From assembly GCA_044222065.1 (NCBI GenBank), contig JBGAOA010000052.1, forward strand, positions 1 through 30,721: a stretch of 30,721 bases of DNA. The letters run 5' to 3'. Position numbers and translations under genes: made by a program. This document shows, one piece after another, positions 17,618 through 27,240 of this stretch. Numbering within the stretch: the stretch's first letter is position 1; each line of letters opens with the position of its first letter. The notes under the pieces are model-generated. The model did no database searches and had not been told where the DNA came from. It saw only the letters and a list, made by a program, of their open reading frames with translations. Source of the stretch: Candidatus Eiseniibacteriota bacterium. GTDB lineage: Bacteria > Eisenbacteria > RBG-16-71-46.

Positions 17618-18828
17618 AGCTGCTCTACATCGTGGACGGCCTCGAGGGCGCTTCGCTCTCGGAGCCGGGGCTGTGGCTCGGCGCGATCCTCACGCGCTGG
17701 GTCGAGCGCGGGCACGACGTGGACGTGATCGCCGTGCGTCCGCTCGAGCCGCACGAGCTGCCCGAGACGGTGCCGGGCGCGAACGTCGTGCGCGCGGCGC
17801 CCGACGACCTCGAGTTCCAGCTCGGCTGCGCGCTCGAGCGCCGGCCCGACGTGATCCACGTCGCCTCCACGCTGCCGTTCGGCGCCCGCGTCGTCGAGGC
17901 GATCGAAGGGCTGCCGCTCGTCGCCGACGTCCACGACTTCTGGCCGATCTGTCCGTCGCAGGACCTGCTCCGCCGCCCGCGCCTCGAGCCGTGCGCGGAG
18001 TGCTTTCCGTACCGCGGCTGCTCGGCGTGCGCCGGGCTTCCGCGCCTGCGCGACACCGAGGAGCGCCGGCTGCTGCTGCGCTCGGCGCGCGCGGTGCTCG
18101 CGCACACGGCGTTCCAGCGCGCGCGGCTCGCGGGCGGGCTCGGCCGCTACGTGGACGTGATCGGGTACGGGGCCGACGTCGAGCGCTTCCGCCCCGATCC
18201 CGATCCGCCGCTCTCGGCGGCGGTCGCCGAACTGTTCGCGACCCGCGACGTGCCGCGCATCCTGTGGCTCGGTCCGCCGACGACGGCGCGCGGCCGCGAC
18301 CAGCTGCTCGACGTGCTCGTGGCGCTCAACTCGCGCGTCCCCGGCGTCGAACTCGTGCTCGCCGGGCGCGACCCCGAGAATCCCGACCTCGAGGGCGTCG
18401 TGCGGCTCGAAGCGAAGCCGCTCGGGCTCGATGCCCGCATCCGGCTCGTCGAATCGGTGCCGGTTGGCGACCTGCCGGCGCTGTTCGCGAGCGCACGGGT
18501 GGCGATCGCGCCGTGGCAGGGCCCCGACGCCGGCGGCTGGTTCGCGCTGCACGCGCTCGCGAGCGGCGTTCCCGTCGTGAGCGCTTCGATCGGCTCGGCG
18601 CCCGAGTTCGTGCGCCACGCCGAGCGCGGCTACCTCGTCGCGCCCGGCGACGTGGCGGCGCTCGCGGGCGCGGCGGCCGCGCTGCTGAACGACGACCGCC
18701 ATCGCCGCACGCTCGGCGATCGCGCGCGGCACTTCGCCGAGCGCCACACGCTCGATCGCGCGGTGGACGAGCTGCTCGAGTTCTACTCGCGGCTCGCGAG
18801 CGGCTCCTCGCTGCGCGCGCTGGCGTAG
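17614..18828 (+). CDS. GT-B fold glycosyltransferase, family 4-like, with degenerate donor-binding motifs
   Basis: ATGA overlap with the TPR gene. MKLLYIV, RGHDVDVI, RPDVIHV, VHDFWPICP, GADVERFRP, ALASGVPVV and GYLVAPGDVAALA. Confidence 0.82.
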   Translation: MKLLYIVDGLEGASLSEPGLWLGAILTRWVERGHDVDVIAVRPLEPHELPETVPGANVVRAAPDDLEFQLGCALERRPDVIHVASTLPFGARVVEAIEGLPLVADVHDFWPICPSQDLLRRPRLEPCAECFPYRGCSACAGLPRLRDTEERRLLLRSARAVLAHTAFQRARLAGGLGRYVDVIGYGADVERFRPDPDPPLSAAVAELFATRDVPRILWLGPPTTARGRDQLLDVLVALNSRVPGVELVLAGRDPENPDLEGVVRLEAKPLGLDARIRLVESVPVGDLPALFASARVAIAPWQGPDAGGWFALHALASGVPVVSASIGSAPEFVRHAERGYLVAPGDVAALAGAAAALLNDDRHRRTLGDRARHFAERHTLDRAVDELLEFYSRLASGSSLRALA

Positions 18829-18955
18829 CCGGCGGTCCGCCGGAGCCCGGCGCCCGGTTCTGCTCCGGCCAGAACGCGTGTGCGATACTCCCGCGCGTTC
18901 TCTCCATGCTCACCACTCCGGCTCCCGCACCGCTCCCCGCGGCCTCGAGGCCGCG

Positions 18956-19786
18956 ATGATCCGCCGCGTCCCGGTCGGCCGCCTCGTCGCGCTCGCCGCC
19001 GTCCTCGCGGGCGCGTGGGTCGTGTTGCGCGACGGCGGGCAGCCGCGCTGGCGGACGCTCGAGCCCGGGATCGAGTTCGCGACGGTGCGCGGCGAGCCCT
19101 ACTGCCGCGCGGGCTCCGCGGCGATCGGCGTCGTGCGCGTGGATCCGTCGCGCGCGCGCTTCCGCGTCCGGCACTTCTCGCTCGAGTCGGAGCAGCGACC
19201 GCTCACGATCGTCGAGTGGCACCGGCGCGCGCGTCCGCTCGTCGTGTTCAACGCCGGCCAGTACTACCCGGACTTCTCGTACATGGGGCTGCTCGTGAGC
19301 GGGGGGCGCGTCGTCTCGAAGCGACTGCACGCCGAATTCCGCGCCGCGCTCGTCGCCGAGCCCGAGCGCGGCAAGCCCGCGGCGCACGTGCTCGACCTGT
19401 CGCGCGCGCCGCTCGATCCGTCGCATCCGGGGTGGGCCGAGGTCGCGCAGTCGTTCATGCTGTTCGACCGCGACGGCGCCACGCGCGTGCGCAAGAGCGA
19501 CAAGATTGCGAACCGCACGGCCGTCGGCGAGGACGCCGCGGGCCGCATCGTGATCGCGACGAGCGAGGGGGCGTACACGCTCGCGGACTTCGCGAACGTG
19601 CTGCGGCACGCGCCGCTCGAACTCACGCACGCGATGAGCATGGACGGCGGGCAGGAGGCCGAGATGCTCGTCGAGGCGCGCGGCTTCCGCTGGGCGAGCT
19701 TCGGCGGCTGGAAGCGCGGCGGCGGCTCCGACGCCCCGGGCGCGAGCGTCCCGCTGCCGGCGGTGATCGAGGTGCACGGGCGATGA
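18956..19786 (+). CDS. Phosphodiester glycosidase (NAGPA-like) family exported protein
   Basis: N-terminal hydrophobic helix, WRTLEPGIE, VVRVDP, FNAGQY, NRTAVG and AMSMDGG. Confidence 0.72.
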   Translation: MIRRVPVGRLVALAAVLAGAWVVLRDGGQPRWRTLEPGIEFATVRGEPYCRAGSAAIGVVRVDPSRARFRVRHFSLESEQRPLTIVEWHRRARPLVVFNAGQYYPDFSYMGLLVSGGRVVSKRLHAEFRAALVAEPERGKPAAHVLDLSRAPLDPSHPGWAEVAQSFMLFDRDGATRVRKSDKIANRTAVGEDAAGRIVIATSEGAYTLADFANVLRHAPLELTHAMSMDGGQEAEMLVEARGFRWASFGGWKRGGGSDAPGASVPLPAVIEVHGR

Positions 19787-20394
19787 GCGCTCGCGCCGCC
19801 GCGTCCGCGCGCGAGCGCGGCCCCGCATTCCCGTGCGCGGTGTGTCGCGCGCCGGTGCGGCGAAGCGTGCGCGCGGGCGGCGGGCTCCAGATCCTGTGCC
19901 CGCGCTGCCGCTATCGGCTCTACGACTACCCGCGTCCGTGCGTCGGATTCGTCGTCGTGAAGAACGACGCCGTGCTGCTTCTCCGGCGCGGCGAGCCGCC
20001 GAAGAAGGGCTGGGTGGACCTGCCGGGCGGATTCCTCGAGCCGAACGAGGACCCCGAGTCCGGCGCGCGGCGCGAGCTTCGGGAAGAGACCGGGCTCATG
20101 CTCGGCCGCGCCGACTTCCTCGGACTCTACTGGGACACCTACGGCCTGCCCGGGTTCGGGCGCTTTCCGACCATGAACTTCTACTGGATCGGGCGGTGGC
20201 GGTCGGGCGTGCCGCGCGCGGGCGACGACGCGGCGTTCGCGGATGGGGTGCCGATCTCGGGGCTCGCGGCGCGCGCGCCGCGCTTCGCCTGGGCGCACAT
20301 GCGTCGCGCGCTCGCCGACGCGCGCGCGTGGACTCGCGGGCGTCGTCCGGCGGCGGCCGCTCCCGGCCGGACGCGGCGCTCGCGACGCGCTTGA
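19783..20394 (+). CDS. NUDIX hydrolase with N-terminal zinc ribbon
   Basis: ATGA overlap. CAVC...CPRC, Nudix box GGFLEPNEDPESGARRELREETGL and AGDDA. Confidence 0.88.
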   Translation: MSARAAASARERGPAFPCAVCRAPVRRSVRAGGGLQILCPRCRYRLYDYPRPCVGFVVVKNDAVLLLRRGEPPKKGWVDLPGGFLEPNEDPESGARRELREETGLMLGRADFLGLYWDTYGLPGFGRFPTMNFYWIGRWRSGVPRAGDDAAFADGVPISGLAARAPRFAWAHMRRALADARAWTRGRRPAAAAPGRTRRSRRA

Positions 20395-20591
20395 GGCTCG
20401 CGCACGCCGCGGCGCGCGGTGTATGCTACCGCCGGTTTTTCGGGGTCGCCCCTTGTCGAGCAACGCCCAGCCGCCCCGAGGCCAGACGCCGCCCCCGCTC
20501 GGGCGGCGTTTCCACGGCAGCCCACCTGCCGGGAGATCCGGTGCCCGTGAGCTCCGACTTCGCCGGCTGACGATGCGAAGGAGAAGGCTCG

Positions 20592-22100
20592 ATGACGGCG
20601 CCTCGTGAAGAAACTCTGGTGAACGGCGCGGAGACCGCGGAAGGCAGCGCGGTTCGCACGCTCCACAACTACATCGGCGGCCGCTGGTCGCGCTCCGACT
20701 CGACCGACGTCGGCGAAGTCCGCAACCCGGCGACCGACGAGCTGCTCGCGCAGGTTCCGCTCGGCGCCGCCGCCGACGTCGACCGCGCCGTGCAGGCCGC
20801 GGCGAAGGCCTTCCCGCGCTGGCGCGCGACGCCGCCGGTGAACCGCGCGCGCTACCTGTTCAAGCTGAAGGACATCCTCGAGCGCCGCTTCGAGGACCTG
20901 TCGCGCACGGTAACGCTCGAGCACGGCAAGACGCTCGAGGAGTCGCGCAGCAGCGTCCGGCGCGCGATCGACAACGTCGACCTCGCGTGCGGCATCCCGA
21001 CCCGCATGATGGGCCAGTCGCTCGAGGACATCGCGACCGGCATCGACTGCACGACCGTTCGCCAGCCGATCGGCGTGTTCGCGGCGATCACCCCGTTCAA
21101 CTTCCCGGCGATGGTTCCGATGTGGTTCCTGCCGCACGCGATCGCGTGCGGGAACACGTACATCGTGAAGCCGAGCGAGCGCGTGCCGCTGTCGCAGATG
21201 ATCATGTTCGAGTGCATGCACGACGCGGGGATCCCCGAGGGCGTCGTGAACCTCGTGCACGGCGCGAAGCCGGCCGTGGACGCGATCCTCGACCATCCCG
21301 GCATCGCCGGCGTGTCGTTCGTCGGATCGACGCCGATCGCGCACTACATCTACAAGCGCGGCGCCGAGCACGGAAAGCGCGTGCAGGCGCTCGGCGGCGC
21401 GAAGAACTTCGTGCTCGTCATGCCCGACGCCGACATGGACCGCGCGGCGCAGGTCTCGACCGAGTCGTGCTTCGGCTGCGCGGGCGAGCGCTGCCTCGCG
21501 AACAGCGTCGTGCTCGGCGTGGGCGAGGGCTACGAGAAGATCCGCGACCGGCTCGTCTCCGAGGCGAAGAAGATCGTCGTCGGCGACGGACAGGAGCCGA
21601 ACGTCACGATGGGCCCCGTGATCTCGAAGGCGCACCGCGAGAAGGTGCTCGCCTACATCGACAAGGGCGTCGCCGAAGGCGCGAAGCTGCTGCTCGACGG
21701 CCGCGGCTACAAGGATCCGAAGAACCCGCAGGGCTACTACATCGGCCCGACGATCTTCGACGAGGTGAAGCCCGAGATGACGATCGGCCGCGAGGAGATC
21801 TTCGGCCCCGTGCTCTGCATCATGAAGGCGAAGGACTTCGACGAAGCCGTCGAGATCGTCCGCCGTCACGAGCTCGGGAACGCGACGAGCATCTTCACGT
21901 CGAGCGGCAAGGCCGCGCGCGAGTACCGCTATCGCGTCGAGCCGAGCATGCTGGGCGTGAACATCGGCGTCGCGGCGCCGATGGCGTTCTTCCCGTTCGG
22001 CGGCTCGAAGAACAGCTTCTTCGGCGACCTCAAGGCGCACGGCGCGGACTCGATCGAGTTCTTCACCGACAAGAAGGTCACGATCACGCGCTGGTTCTGA
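20592..22100 (+). CDS. mmsA: CoA-acylating (methyl)malonate-semialdehyde dehydrogenase
   Basis: AAGGAG RBS. ITPFNFPAMVPMW, KPSERVP, SFVGSTP, RVQALGGAKN, GCAGERC, EEIFGPV and APMAFFPFGG. Confidence 0.93.
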   Translation: MTAPREETLVNGAETAEGSAVRTLHNYIGGRWSRSDSTDVGEVRNPATDELLAQVPLGAAADVDRAVQAAAKAFPRWRATPPVNRARYLFKLKDILERRFEDLSRTVTLEHGKTLEESRSSVRRAIDNVDLACGIPTRMMGQSLEDIATGIDCTTVRQPIGVFAAITPFNFPAMVPMWFLPHAIACGNTYIVKPSERVPLSQMIMFECMHDAGIPEGVVNLVHGAKPAVDAILDHPGIAGVSFVGSTPIAHYIYKRGAEHGKRVQALGGAKNFVLVMPDADMDRAAQVSTESCFGCAGERCLANSVVLGVGEGYEKIRDRLVSEAKKIVVGDGQEPNVTMGPVISKAHREKVLAYIDKGVAEGAKLLLDGRGYKDPKNPQGYYIGPTIFDEVKPEMTIGREEIFGPVLCIMKAKDFDEAVEIVRRHELGNATSIFTSSGKAAREYRYRVEPSMLGVNIGVAAPMAFFPFGGSKNSFFGDLKAHGADSIEFFTDKKVTITRWF

Positions 22101-22107
22101 GGCCGCG

Positions 22108-22830
22108 ATGAGCCGCATCGCGAATCACACGGACGCCCGCTTCCGGGGCGTCCGTGTTTTCGTTTCGACGCTCGCGATCGGGCTAGCGTCGGCGGTGTCG
22201 CACGGCGTCGCGGCCGCGCACGGAGCGGACACGCTCTCGGCGGCGCCCGCCGCGACCGTGTCGCCGATCCCCGAGTGGTCGCGGCTCGCGCCCGCGCGCG
22301 AGCAGGTCACGGCACTCGCGCTCGCGATCGGCACGCACCCGATCCGCGTGAACGGGCGCTTCGGCGTCGTCGAGATCAGCAAGCCGTGGATCGACTCGAC
22401 CGGCGTCGGTTCGCTTGAGTCCTCGCGCCGCCCGTCGCGCAAGGCGCTCATCGTGCTGAAGGGCGCGCCGAGCGAACCCGCGCCGCCGGACCTGCTGCCG
22501 TGGGAAGCGATCGACAGGATCGAACTCGGCGAGAGCCAGTGGCGCGCGGGCGCCGCCTGGGGCGCCGCGGCGTGGCTCGTCGCGAACATCGCGGTCGCTC
22601 CGTGGGCCGCGTGGCTGCTGCTCACCGACGAGTCGGAGCGCTCGGGCGCGACGGCGCTCGTCGTCGGCTCGCTCGTGGCCTCGATGGGAATCGGCGCCGC
22701 GCTCGGCTCCTCGTCCCGCAAGTACCGCACGCTGTACCTCGCGCCCGGTTACGTGCCTCCGCTCGACACCCGCGACGTCGTGCGCAAGCGACGTCCGGAC
22801 CGCAGCCGCGTCACGCCCGAGGGGCCCTGA
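22108..22830 (+). CDS. Hypothetical exported/membrane protein
   Basis: Fills the mmsA-nitrilase gap. It has an N-terminal signal-like segment and two Gly/Ala-rich hydrophobic helices near the C-terminus. Confidence 0.6.
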   Translation: MSRIANHTDARFRGVRVFVSTLAIGLASAVSHGVAAAHGADTLSAAPAATVSPIPEWSRLAPAREQVTALALAIGTHPIRVNGRFGVVEISKPWIDSTGVGSLESSRRPSRKALIVLKGAPSEPAPPDLLPWEAIDRIELGESQWRAGAAWGAAAWLVANIAVAPWAAWLLLTDESERSGATALVVGSLVASMGIGAALGSSSRKYRTLYLAPGYVPPLDTRDVVRKRRPDRSRVTPEGP

Positions 22831-22907
22831 GCGCGCGGCGTCCGCGCGCGCGCGGCGGCGGCGACACGCCTCACCTCGAACACACGACGAACTCTCCGGA
22901 GACTCCG

Positions 22908-23774
22908 ATGCCTCGAAAGCTCGTGGGCGGTCTGATCCAGTGCGCGAACCCGCTGAACGACGAATCGCAGCCGGTCGCGAAGATCAAGCAGGCGATGTTC
23001 GACAAGCACGTTCCGCTGATCGAAGAGGCGGGGAAGAAGGGCGTCCAGGTGCTGTGCCTGCAGGAGATCTTCAACGGGCCCTACTTCTGCCCCGGGCAGG
23101 ACAAGCGCTGGTACGAGGCGGCGGAACCGGTGCCGGGTCCCACGACCGACGCGGTCGCGAAGATCGCGGCGAAGTACAAGATGGCCGTCGTCGTGCCGGT
23201 GTACGAGAAGGACATGCCGGGCGTGCTCTACAACACCGCCGCGGTGTACGACGCCGACGGCAGCTACCTCGGCAAGTACCGCAAGAACCACATCCCGCAC
23301 ACGTCGGGGTTCTGGGAGAAGTACTTCTTCAAGCCCGGCAACCTCGGCTACCCGGTGTTCGAGACGCGCTACGCGAAGGTCGGCGTGTACATCTGCTACG
23401 ACCGGCACTTCCCCGAGGGCGCGCGCGCTCTCGGCCTTCACGGCGCCGAGATCGTTTTCAACCCGAGCGCGACGGTGGCGGGGCTGTCGCAGTACCTGTG
23501 GAAGCTCGAGCAGCCGGCGCACGCGGTCGCGAACGGCTACTTCATGGGCTGCATCAACCGCGTCGGCACCGAGGCGCCGTGGAACGTCGGCAAGTTCTAC
23601 GGCTCGTCCTACTTCGTGGACCCGCGCGGCGGCTTCCTCGCGCAGGCGAACGAGGACGACGACGCGGTCGTCGTCGCCGAGATGGACTTGGACGTGATCG
23701 ACCAGGTGCGCGCGACGTGGCAGTTCTTCCGCGATCGCCGTCCCGAGACCTACGAACCGCTCGTCGACCTGTGA
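22908..23774 (+). CDS. Nitrilase-family beta-ureidopropionase (N-carbamoyl-beta-alanine amidohydrolase)
   Basis: GGAG RBS. E-K-C triad motifs LQEIFNGPYFC, KYRKNHIP, FWEKYFFKPG and ICYDRHFPEG, plus WKLEQPAHAVANGY and WQFFRDRRP; near dihydropyrimidinase. Confidence 0.88.
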   Translation: MPRKLVGGLIQCANPLNDESQPVAKIKQAMFDKHVPLIEEAGKKGVQVLCLQEIFNGPYFCPGQDKRWYEAAEPVPGPTTDAVAKIAAKYKMAVVVPVYEKDMPGVLYNTAAVYDADGSYLGKYRKNHIPHTSGFWEKYFFKPGNLGYPVFETRYAKVGVYICYDRHFPEGARALGLHGAEIVFNPSATVAGLSQYLWKLEQPAHAVANGYFMGCINRVGTEAPWNVGKFYGSSYFVDPRGGFLAQANEDDDAVVVAEMDLDVIDQVRATWQFFRDRRPETYEPLVDL

Positions 23775-23832
23775 GCGCGCGCGGCGGGCCGGTCGAGCGA
23801 CCGGGCCGCCGAACGCGCGGGGAGACCTCGCC

Positions 23833-24510
23833 GTGAACTCGCCGTTCCCGACCACCTTCGTCGCCTCCGGCCGCTACGCCGTCTTCCACAGCGGCGCGCC
23901 GTGCGGCGAGGACGCGTGGCAGGTCGAGCACGCGGGCGACGTGCTGATCGTCACCGGCGTGCAGGAACTCGCGGCGCCGTTCCCGTTCCCGAACCGGCAG
24001 GAGTACCGCGTCACGCTCTCGCCCGCGTGGCGTCCGCTCGCGCTCGAGATCGCGTGGCACGTCGGAGCGCGCACGCTCGTCGCGCGCCACGCGGCGGACG
24101 GCGCGCGCTGGCGCGTGCGCATCCAGGCGGACGGACAGGTGCGCGAGCAGGAAGGCGACTTTCCGGACGCGTGCGAGGTCGAGTTCACGACGCCGCTCTT
24201 CGTCCAGTTCATGCTCGCGCGCCGCGACTTCCAGGTCGGCGGCGAGCACGAGTTCCCGGTGCTGCGGATCGGCCCGCCGTACATGGCGGTGAGCCCCGAG
24301 CGCATGCTGCTGCGCTGCGTCGAGCGCGGCGTGTTCGACTCGCCGCGCGGCCCCGTCGCGGCGAAGCGCTACGCCGTGAGCCTGCCGCCGCGCGGCGAGG
24401 ACGAGGGCTACACGCTGTGGGCCGACGAGCACGACGTCGTGCTCGCGACGTTCGAGGGCGCGGAGCCGCGCACGCCGTGGATGACGCTCGTGGAGCACCG
24501 GCGCGCGTGA
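23833..24510 (+). CDS. Hypothetical beta-strand-rich protein (possibly putative glycolipid-binding-domain-like)
   Basis: GGGGAG RBS and GTG start, host-like codon usage, GTGA overlap with the next gene. The family guess is weak. Confidence 0.65.
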   Translation: MNSPFPTTFVASGRYAVFHSGAPCGEDAWQVEHAGDVLIVTGVQELAAPFPFPNRQEYRVTLSPAWRPLALEIAWHVGARTLVARHAADGARWRVRIQADGQVREQEGDFPDACEVEFTTPLFVQFMLARRDFQVGGEHEFPVLRIGPPYMAVSPERMLLRCVERGVFDSPRGPVAAKRYAVSLPPRGEDEGYTLWADEHDVVLATFEGAEPRTPWMTLVEHRRA

Positions 24511-24932
24511 GCGCGGATCGCGCTCCGCGCGTGACGCGCGTCGTCGAGACCGCGCTCTACGTGGACGATGTCGAGCGCGCGGTCGCGTTCTACCGCGACG
24601 TGCTGGGCCTGCGCGCGATGGGCGAGGGCCCGCGGCTCGTGCCGATGGACGCGGGCGCCGGCACGCTGCTGCTGCTGTTCCGGCGCGGCGCGACGCGCGA
24701 GGGCCTCGAGTTCCCGGGCGGCTGGATCCCGCCGCACGACGGCGCGGGACCCGCGCACTTCGCGCTCGGCATCGCGCTCGAGGACGTCGAGGCGTGGGAG
24801 GCGCGCCTCGCCGCGCACGGCGTCCAAGTCGAGAGCCGCGTGTCGTGGTCGCGCGGCGGACGGAGCCTCTACTTCCGCGATCCCGATGGCCACTCGGTCG
24901 AACTCGTCACGCCGGGGACGTGGGAGACGTAA
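24507..24932 (+). CDS. VOC/glyoxalase family protein
   Basis: VETALYVDDVERAVAFYRDVLGL, PPHDGAGPAHFA and GGRSLYFRDPDGHSVELVTPG; 141 aa. Confidence 0.9.
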   Translation: MSADRAPRVTRVVETALYVDDVERAVAFYRDVLGLRAMGEGPRLVPMDAGAGTLLLLFRRGATREGLEFPGGWIPPHDGAGPAHFALGIALEDVEAWEARLAAHGVQVESRVSWSRGGRSLYFRDPDGHSVELVTPGTWET

Positions 24933-26374
24933 TGAGGCCGGCGGCGGCGGGCGAATCCCGTTGGTGCCGTCTGCCCTCGGGAGTAGCTTCCCTATTCGGA
25001 CCCGAAATCTCGGAGGCTGCCGTGCCGCTCGCATGCGATTCGGAATTCGGCTTTCCCACGGAACTCCATCCGTCCGGCTCGAACTCGGAACCTCGTGGCA
25101 ACCGCCGCGGCTTCTCGGCCTCGGCGCTCGGCCTCGCGCTCGTGATCGCCGTTGGCGCGATGGCGGCGGGCGCGGCGCGAGCTCAACAGTGTTCCGCGCC
25201 GCTCGGGCCCTGCGCCACGTGCTTCACCTCGATTCTCGGAGCGCGCTGGTGCGGGGCGTTCCCGTATCGGGTCGATTACTACTACGCGGCGAGCATTCCG
25301 TCCGGCTCGCGGATCATCTCGGCGGTGGAGTGGGCGGTCGCCGAATGGAACTTCGACACGTTGTACGGAAACCAGATCCCGATCTGGTTCGACAATCAGG
25401 GAGGGAACCAGCTTTCGATAGAAAAGGGTTCGATCGACGGCCCGGGTGGCAGGCTGGCGGAGATGCGGCCCATCGTCGGCATTCTCGGGAATTTCACGAG
25501 CACCGCGATCCTGTTCGACAGCGCGGAAGACTGGGAGCACATGCCGACGAACGACATTCATCAGATCGCGCTGCACGAATTGGGGCACGTGCTGGGGCTT
25601 GGACACGTCCCGTGTTCCCTCCCCGGCTGCTCGAACCTGCTCATGTATCCCTGTCAGAACTCCAACGCCGTCATCGACGGCAGTGCGCACTCGTCGCTTC
25701 AGTGCATCTATGGCGACCTCATCGAATCCCCCTGTCAGTCCTTGTTCGGCCGCTTCGTCCGGGCGTTCCTCGAACAACCGGACGCCATCACCCTCGTCAA
25801 GGGCACCTGTCGCGGCTGTGCCGGCAGTTGCTGGAGCGGACCCCAGCCGGAGCCGGTCGACGCGACACTGGCGGGCCTGACGTATGAACTCGCCGTCAGT
25901 TCGAACGGGGGCGCATACACGACTTTTGCGACGATCGACGACTCGCAGTGGATCAACAACCGCTACACGCGCACGTTTTCCGAGTCGTGGTCGGCCGCAA
26001 CGATTCGTACGACGATCCGAAACGGTGCGTCGCTCGTGGATCAGGTCTACTCGTATCCTCCCGTCGACATCGTCGTGACGACCGCAGTTCCGGAGGCGGA
26101 GCAGGGCTCATCGTCCATCGTCTTCGCGAAGCCGAACCCGTCACGGGGCAAGGTCGTACTCACGTCGCGAGCGCGTGACGTCGCATCGATCGTGATCTGC
26201 GACGCTCAGGGCCGCGTGATTCGGGCGCTCGATCCGCATCCGCTCGAGTACGGCGGTGCGCTGGAGTGGGACGGTCGGGACGCCGCCGGCCGAGCGGTGG
26301 GCAACGGCATCTACTTCGTGCGCGTCTCGACCCGAGGGACTCAGCATTCTTGCCGCGTGGTCATGGCTCGCTGA
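24932..26374 (+). CDS. Secreted matrixin/metzincin-like Zn metalloprotease with C-terminal FlgD-Ig-like domain
   Basis: HELGHVLGLGH (25574-25606) plus Met-turn LLMYP; signal-like RRGFSASALGLALVIAVGAMAAGAARA; C-terminal PNPSRG...DAQGRVIRAL...WDGRDAAGRAVGNGIYFVRV. The true start may be downstream, e.g. GTG 25022. Confidence 0.82.
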   Translation: MRPAAAGESRWCRLPSGVASLFGPEISEAAVPLACDSEFGFPTELHPSGSNSEPRGNRRGFSASALGLALVIAVGAMAAGAARAQQCSAPLGPCATCFTSILGARWCGAFPYRVDYYYAASIPSGSRIISAVEWAVAEWNFDTLYGNQIPIWFDNQGGNQLSIEKGSIDGPGGRLAEMRPIVGILGNFTSTAILFDSAEDWEHMPTNDIHQIALHELGHVLGLGHVPCSLPGCSNLLMYPCQNSNAVIDGSAHSSLQCIYGDLIESPCQSLFGRFVRAFLEQPDAITLVKGTCRGCAGSCWSGPQPEPVDATLAGLTYELAVSSNGGAYTTFATIDDSQWINNRYTRTFSESWSAATIRTTIRNGASLVDQVYSYPPVDIVVTTAVPEAEQGSSSIVFAKPNPSRGKVVLTSRARDVASIVICDAQGRVIRALDPHPLEYGGALEWDGRDAAGRAVGNGIYFVRVSTRGTQHSCRVVMAR

Positions 26375-26408
26375 CCGAGCCCTCTCCGCGCGCCGCTCGC
26401 GGAACATT

Positions 26409-26436
26409 CGAGCCGGGGCCTTGCGGCCCCGGCTCG
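26409..26436. terminator. Perfect 12-bp hairpin between convergent genes; probable terminator or RNA-stabilising stem
   Basis: cgagccggggcc-ttgc-ggccccggctcg. The loop reads GCAA (GNRA) on the minus strand, and there is no strong U-tract. Confidence 0.6.
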
Positions 26437-26460
26437 CGTACGTGAACCGGCGTTGTCGTG

Positions 26461-27009
26461 TCAGCGAGGCATGAGCACGCGGTCCACGACGTGGATGACT
26501 CCGTTCGACTGCATCACGTCGTAGGTCGAGATGTCGGCGACGCTGCCCTGCTCGTCTTTCACGACGATGTTGCGCGGGCCGTTCATCATCGCCCACAGCT
26601 TCCCGCCGCTGACGGTCGGGATCGTCGCCGTGCCGCCGCCGGCCTTGATCGCCTTCTCGAGGTCGGCCGCCGACCAGCGGCCCGACGCGACGTGGTACGT
26701 GAGCACCTTCGTGAGCGCCGGCTTCGCTTCGGGCTTGAGCAGTCCTTCGACCGTGCCGCCCGGCAGCGCGGCAAACGCCTCGTTCGTCGGCGCGAAGACC
26801 GTGAACGGACCCTTGCCCTTGAGCGTCTCGACGAGCCCAGCGGCCTTGACCGCGGCGACGAGCGTCGTGTGGTCGGCCGAGTTCACGGCGTTGTCCACGA
26901 TGTCCTTGCTCGCGAACATCGCCTGGCCGCCGACGAGGATCGTGGCGAACGAGACCGAAGCGGCGAGCAGCGCGCACGCCGTGAGCGAGACCGCAGCGAA
27001 CTTCTTCAT
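26461..27009 (-). CDS. Secreted fasciclin (FAS1) domain protein, MPT70/MPT83-like
   Basis: MKKFAAVSL signal peptide, [46 protein letters not shown] and [14 protein letters not shown]. Confidence 0.94.
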   Translation of the reverse strand: MKKFAAVSLTACALLAASVSFATILVGGQAMFASKDIVDNAVNSADHTTLVAAVKAAGLVETLKGKGPFTVFAPTNEAFAALPGGTVEGLLKPEAKPALTKVLTYHVASGRWSAADLEKAIKAGGGTATIPTVSGGKLWAMMNGPRNIVVKDEQGSVADISTYDVMQSNGVIHVVDRVLMPR

Positions 27010-27090
27010 GATTCGAACCCCCGTGTGTGAGTGGTGGAGTGTCGGTTCCGGTGGCGGCGCCGCAGCGGCGCCGATCTCACCTTCGCCCGC

Positions 27091-27120
27091 ACTACGGAGC
27101 GGGGGAGCGATCGGATGAGG
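27091..27120 (-). promoter_or_regulatory. ECF (SigK-type) promoter for the fasciclin gene: TCATCC-N15-CCGTA
   Basis: The minus strand reads cctcatccgatcgctcccccgctccgtagt, 26/30 identical to the copy upstream of the sigma gene. Confidence 0.8.
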
Positions 27121-27240
27121 GGGGCTTCGAGGCGGCGCCGTCGCGCCGACGCGCGAACGGGAGCGCGGCGCGGAGCGGCCGGTGGCCCTCATGCGCGATT
27201 TCCGGTGATGCCGGCACGCCCGCGCGAGGGGGCGTGGCCA

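Noticed and set aside
18880..20394. 504-aa ORF as a long NUDIX fusion, and similarly extended ORFs for the FAD subunit, GT4, nitrilase, VOC and anti-sigma genes
   Set aside because: The N-terminal extensions are off-frame overlaps of upstream genes; the real starts are marked by ATGA/GTGA overlaps or RBSs.
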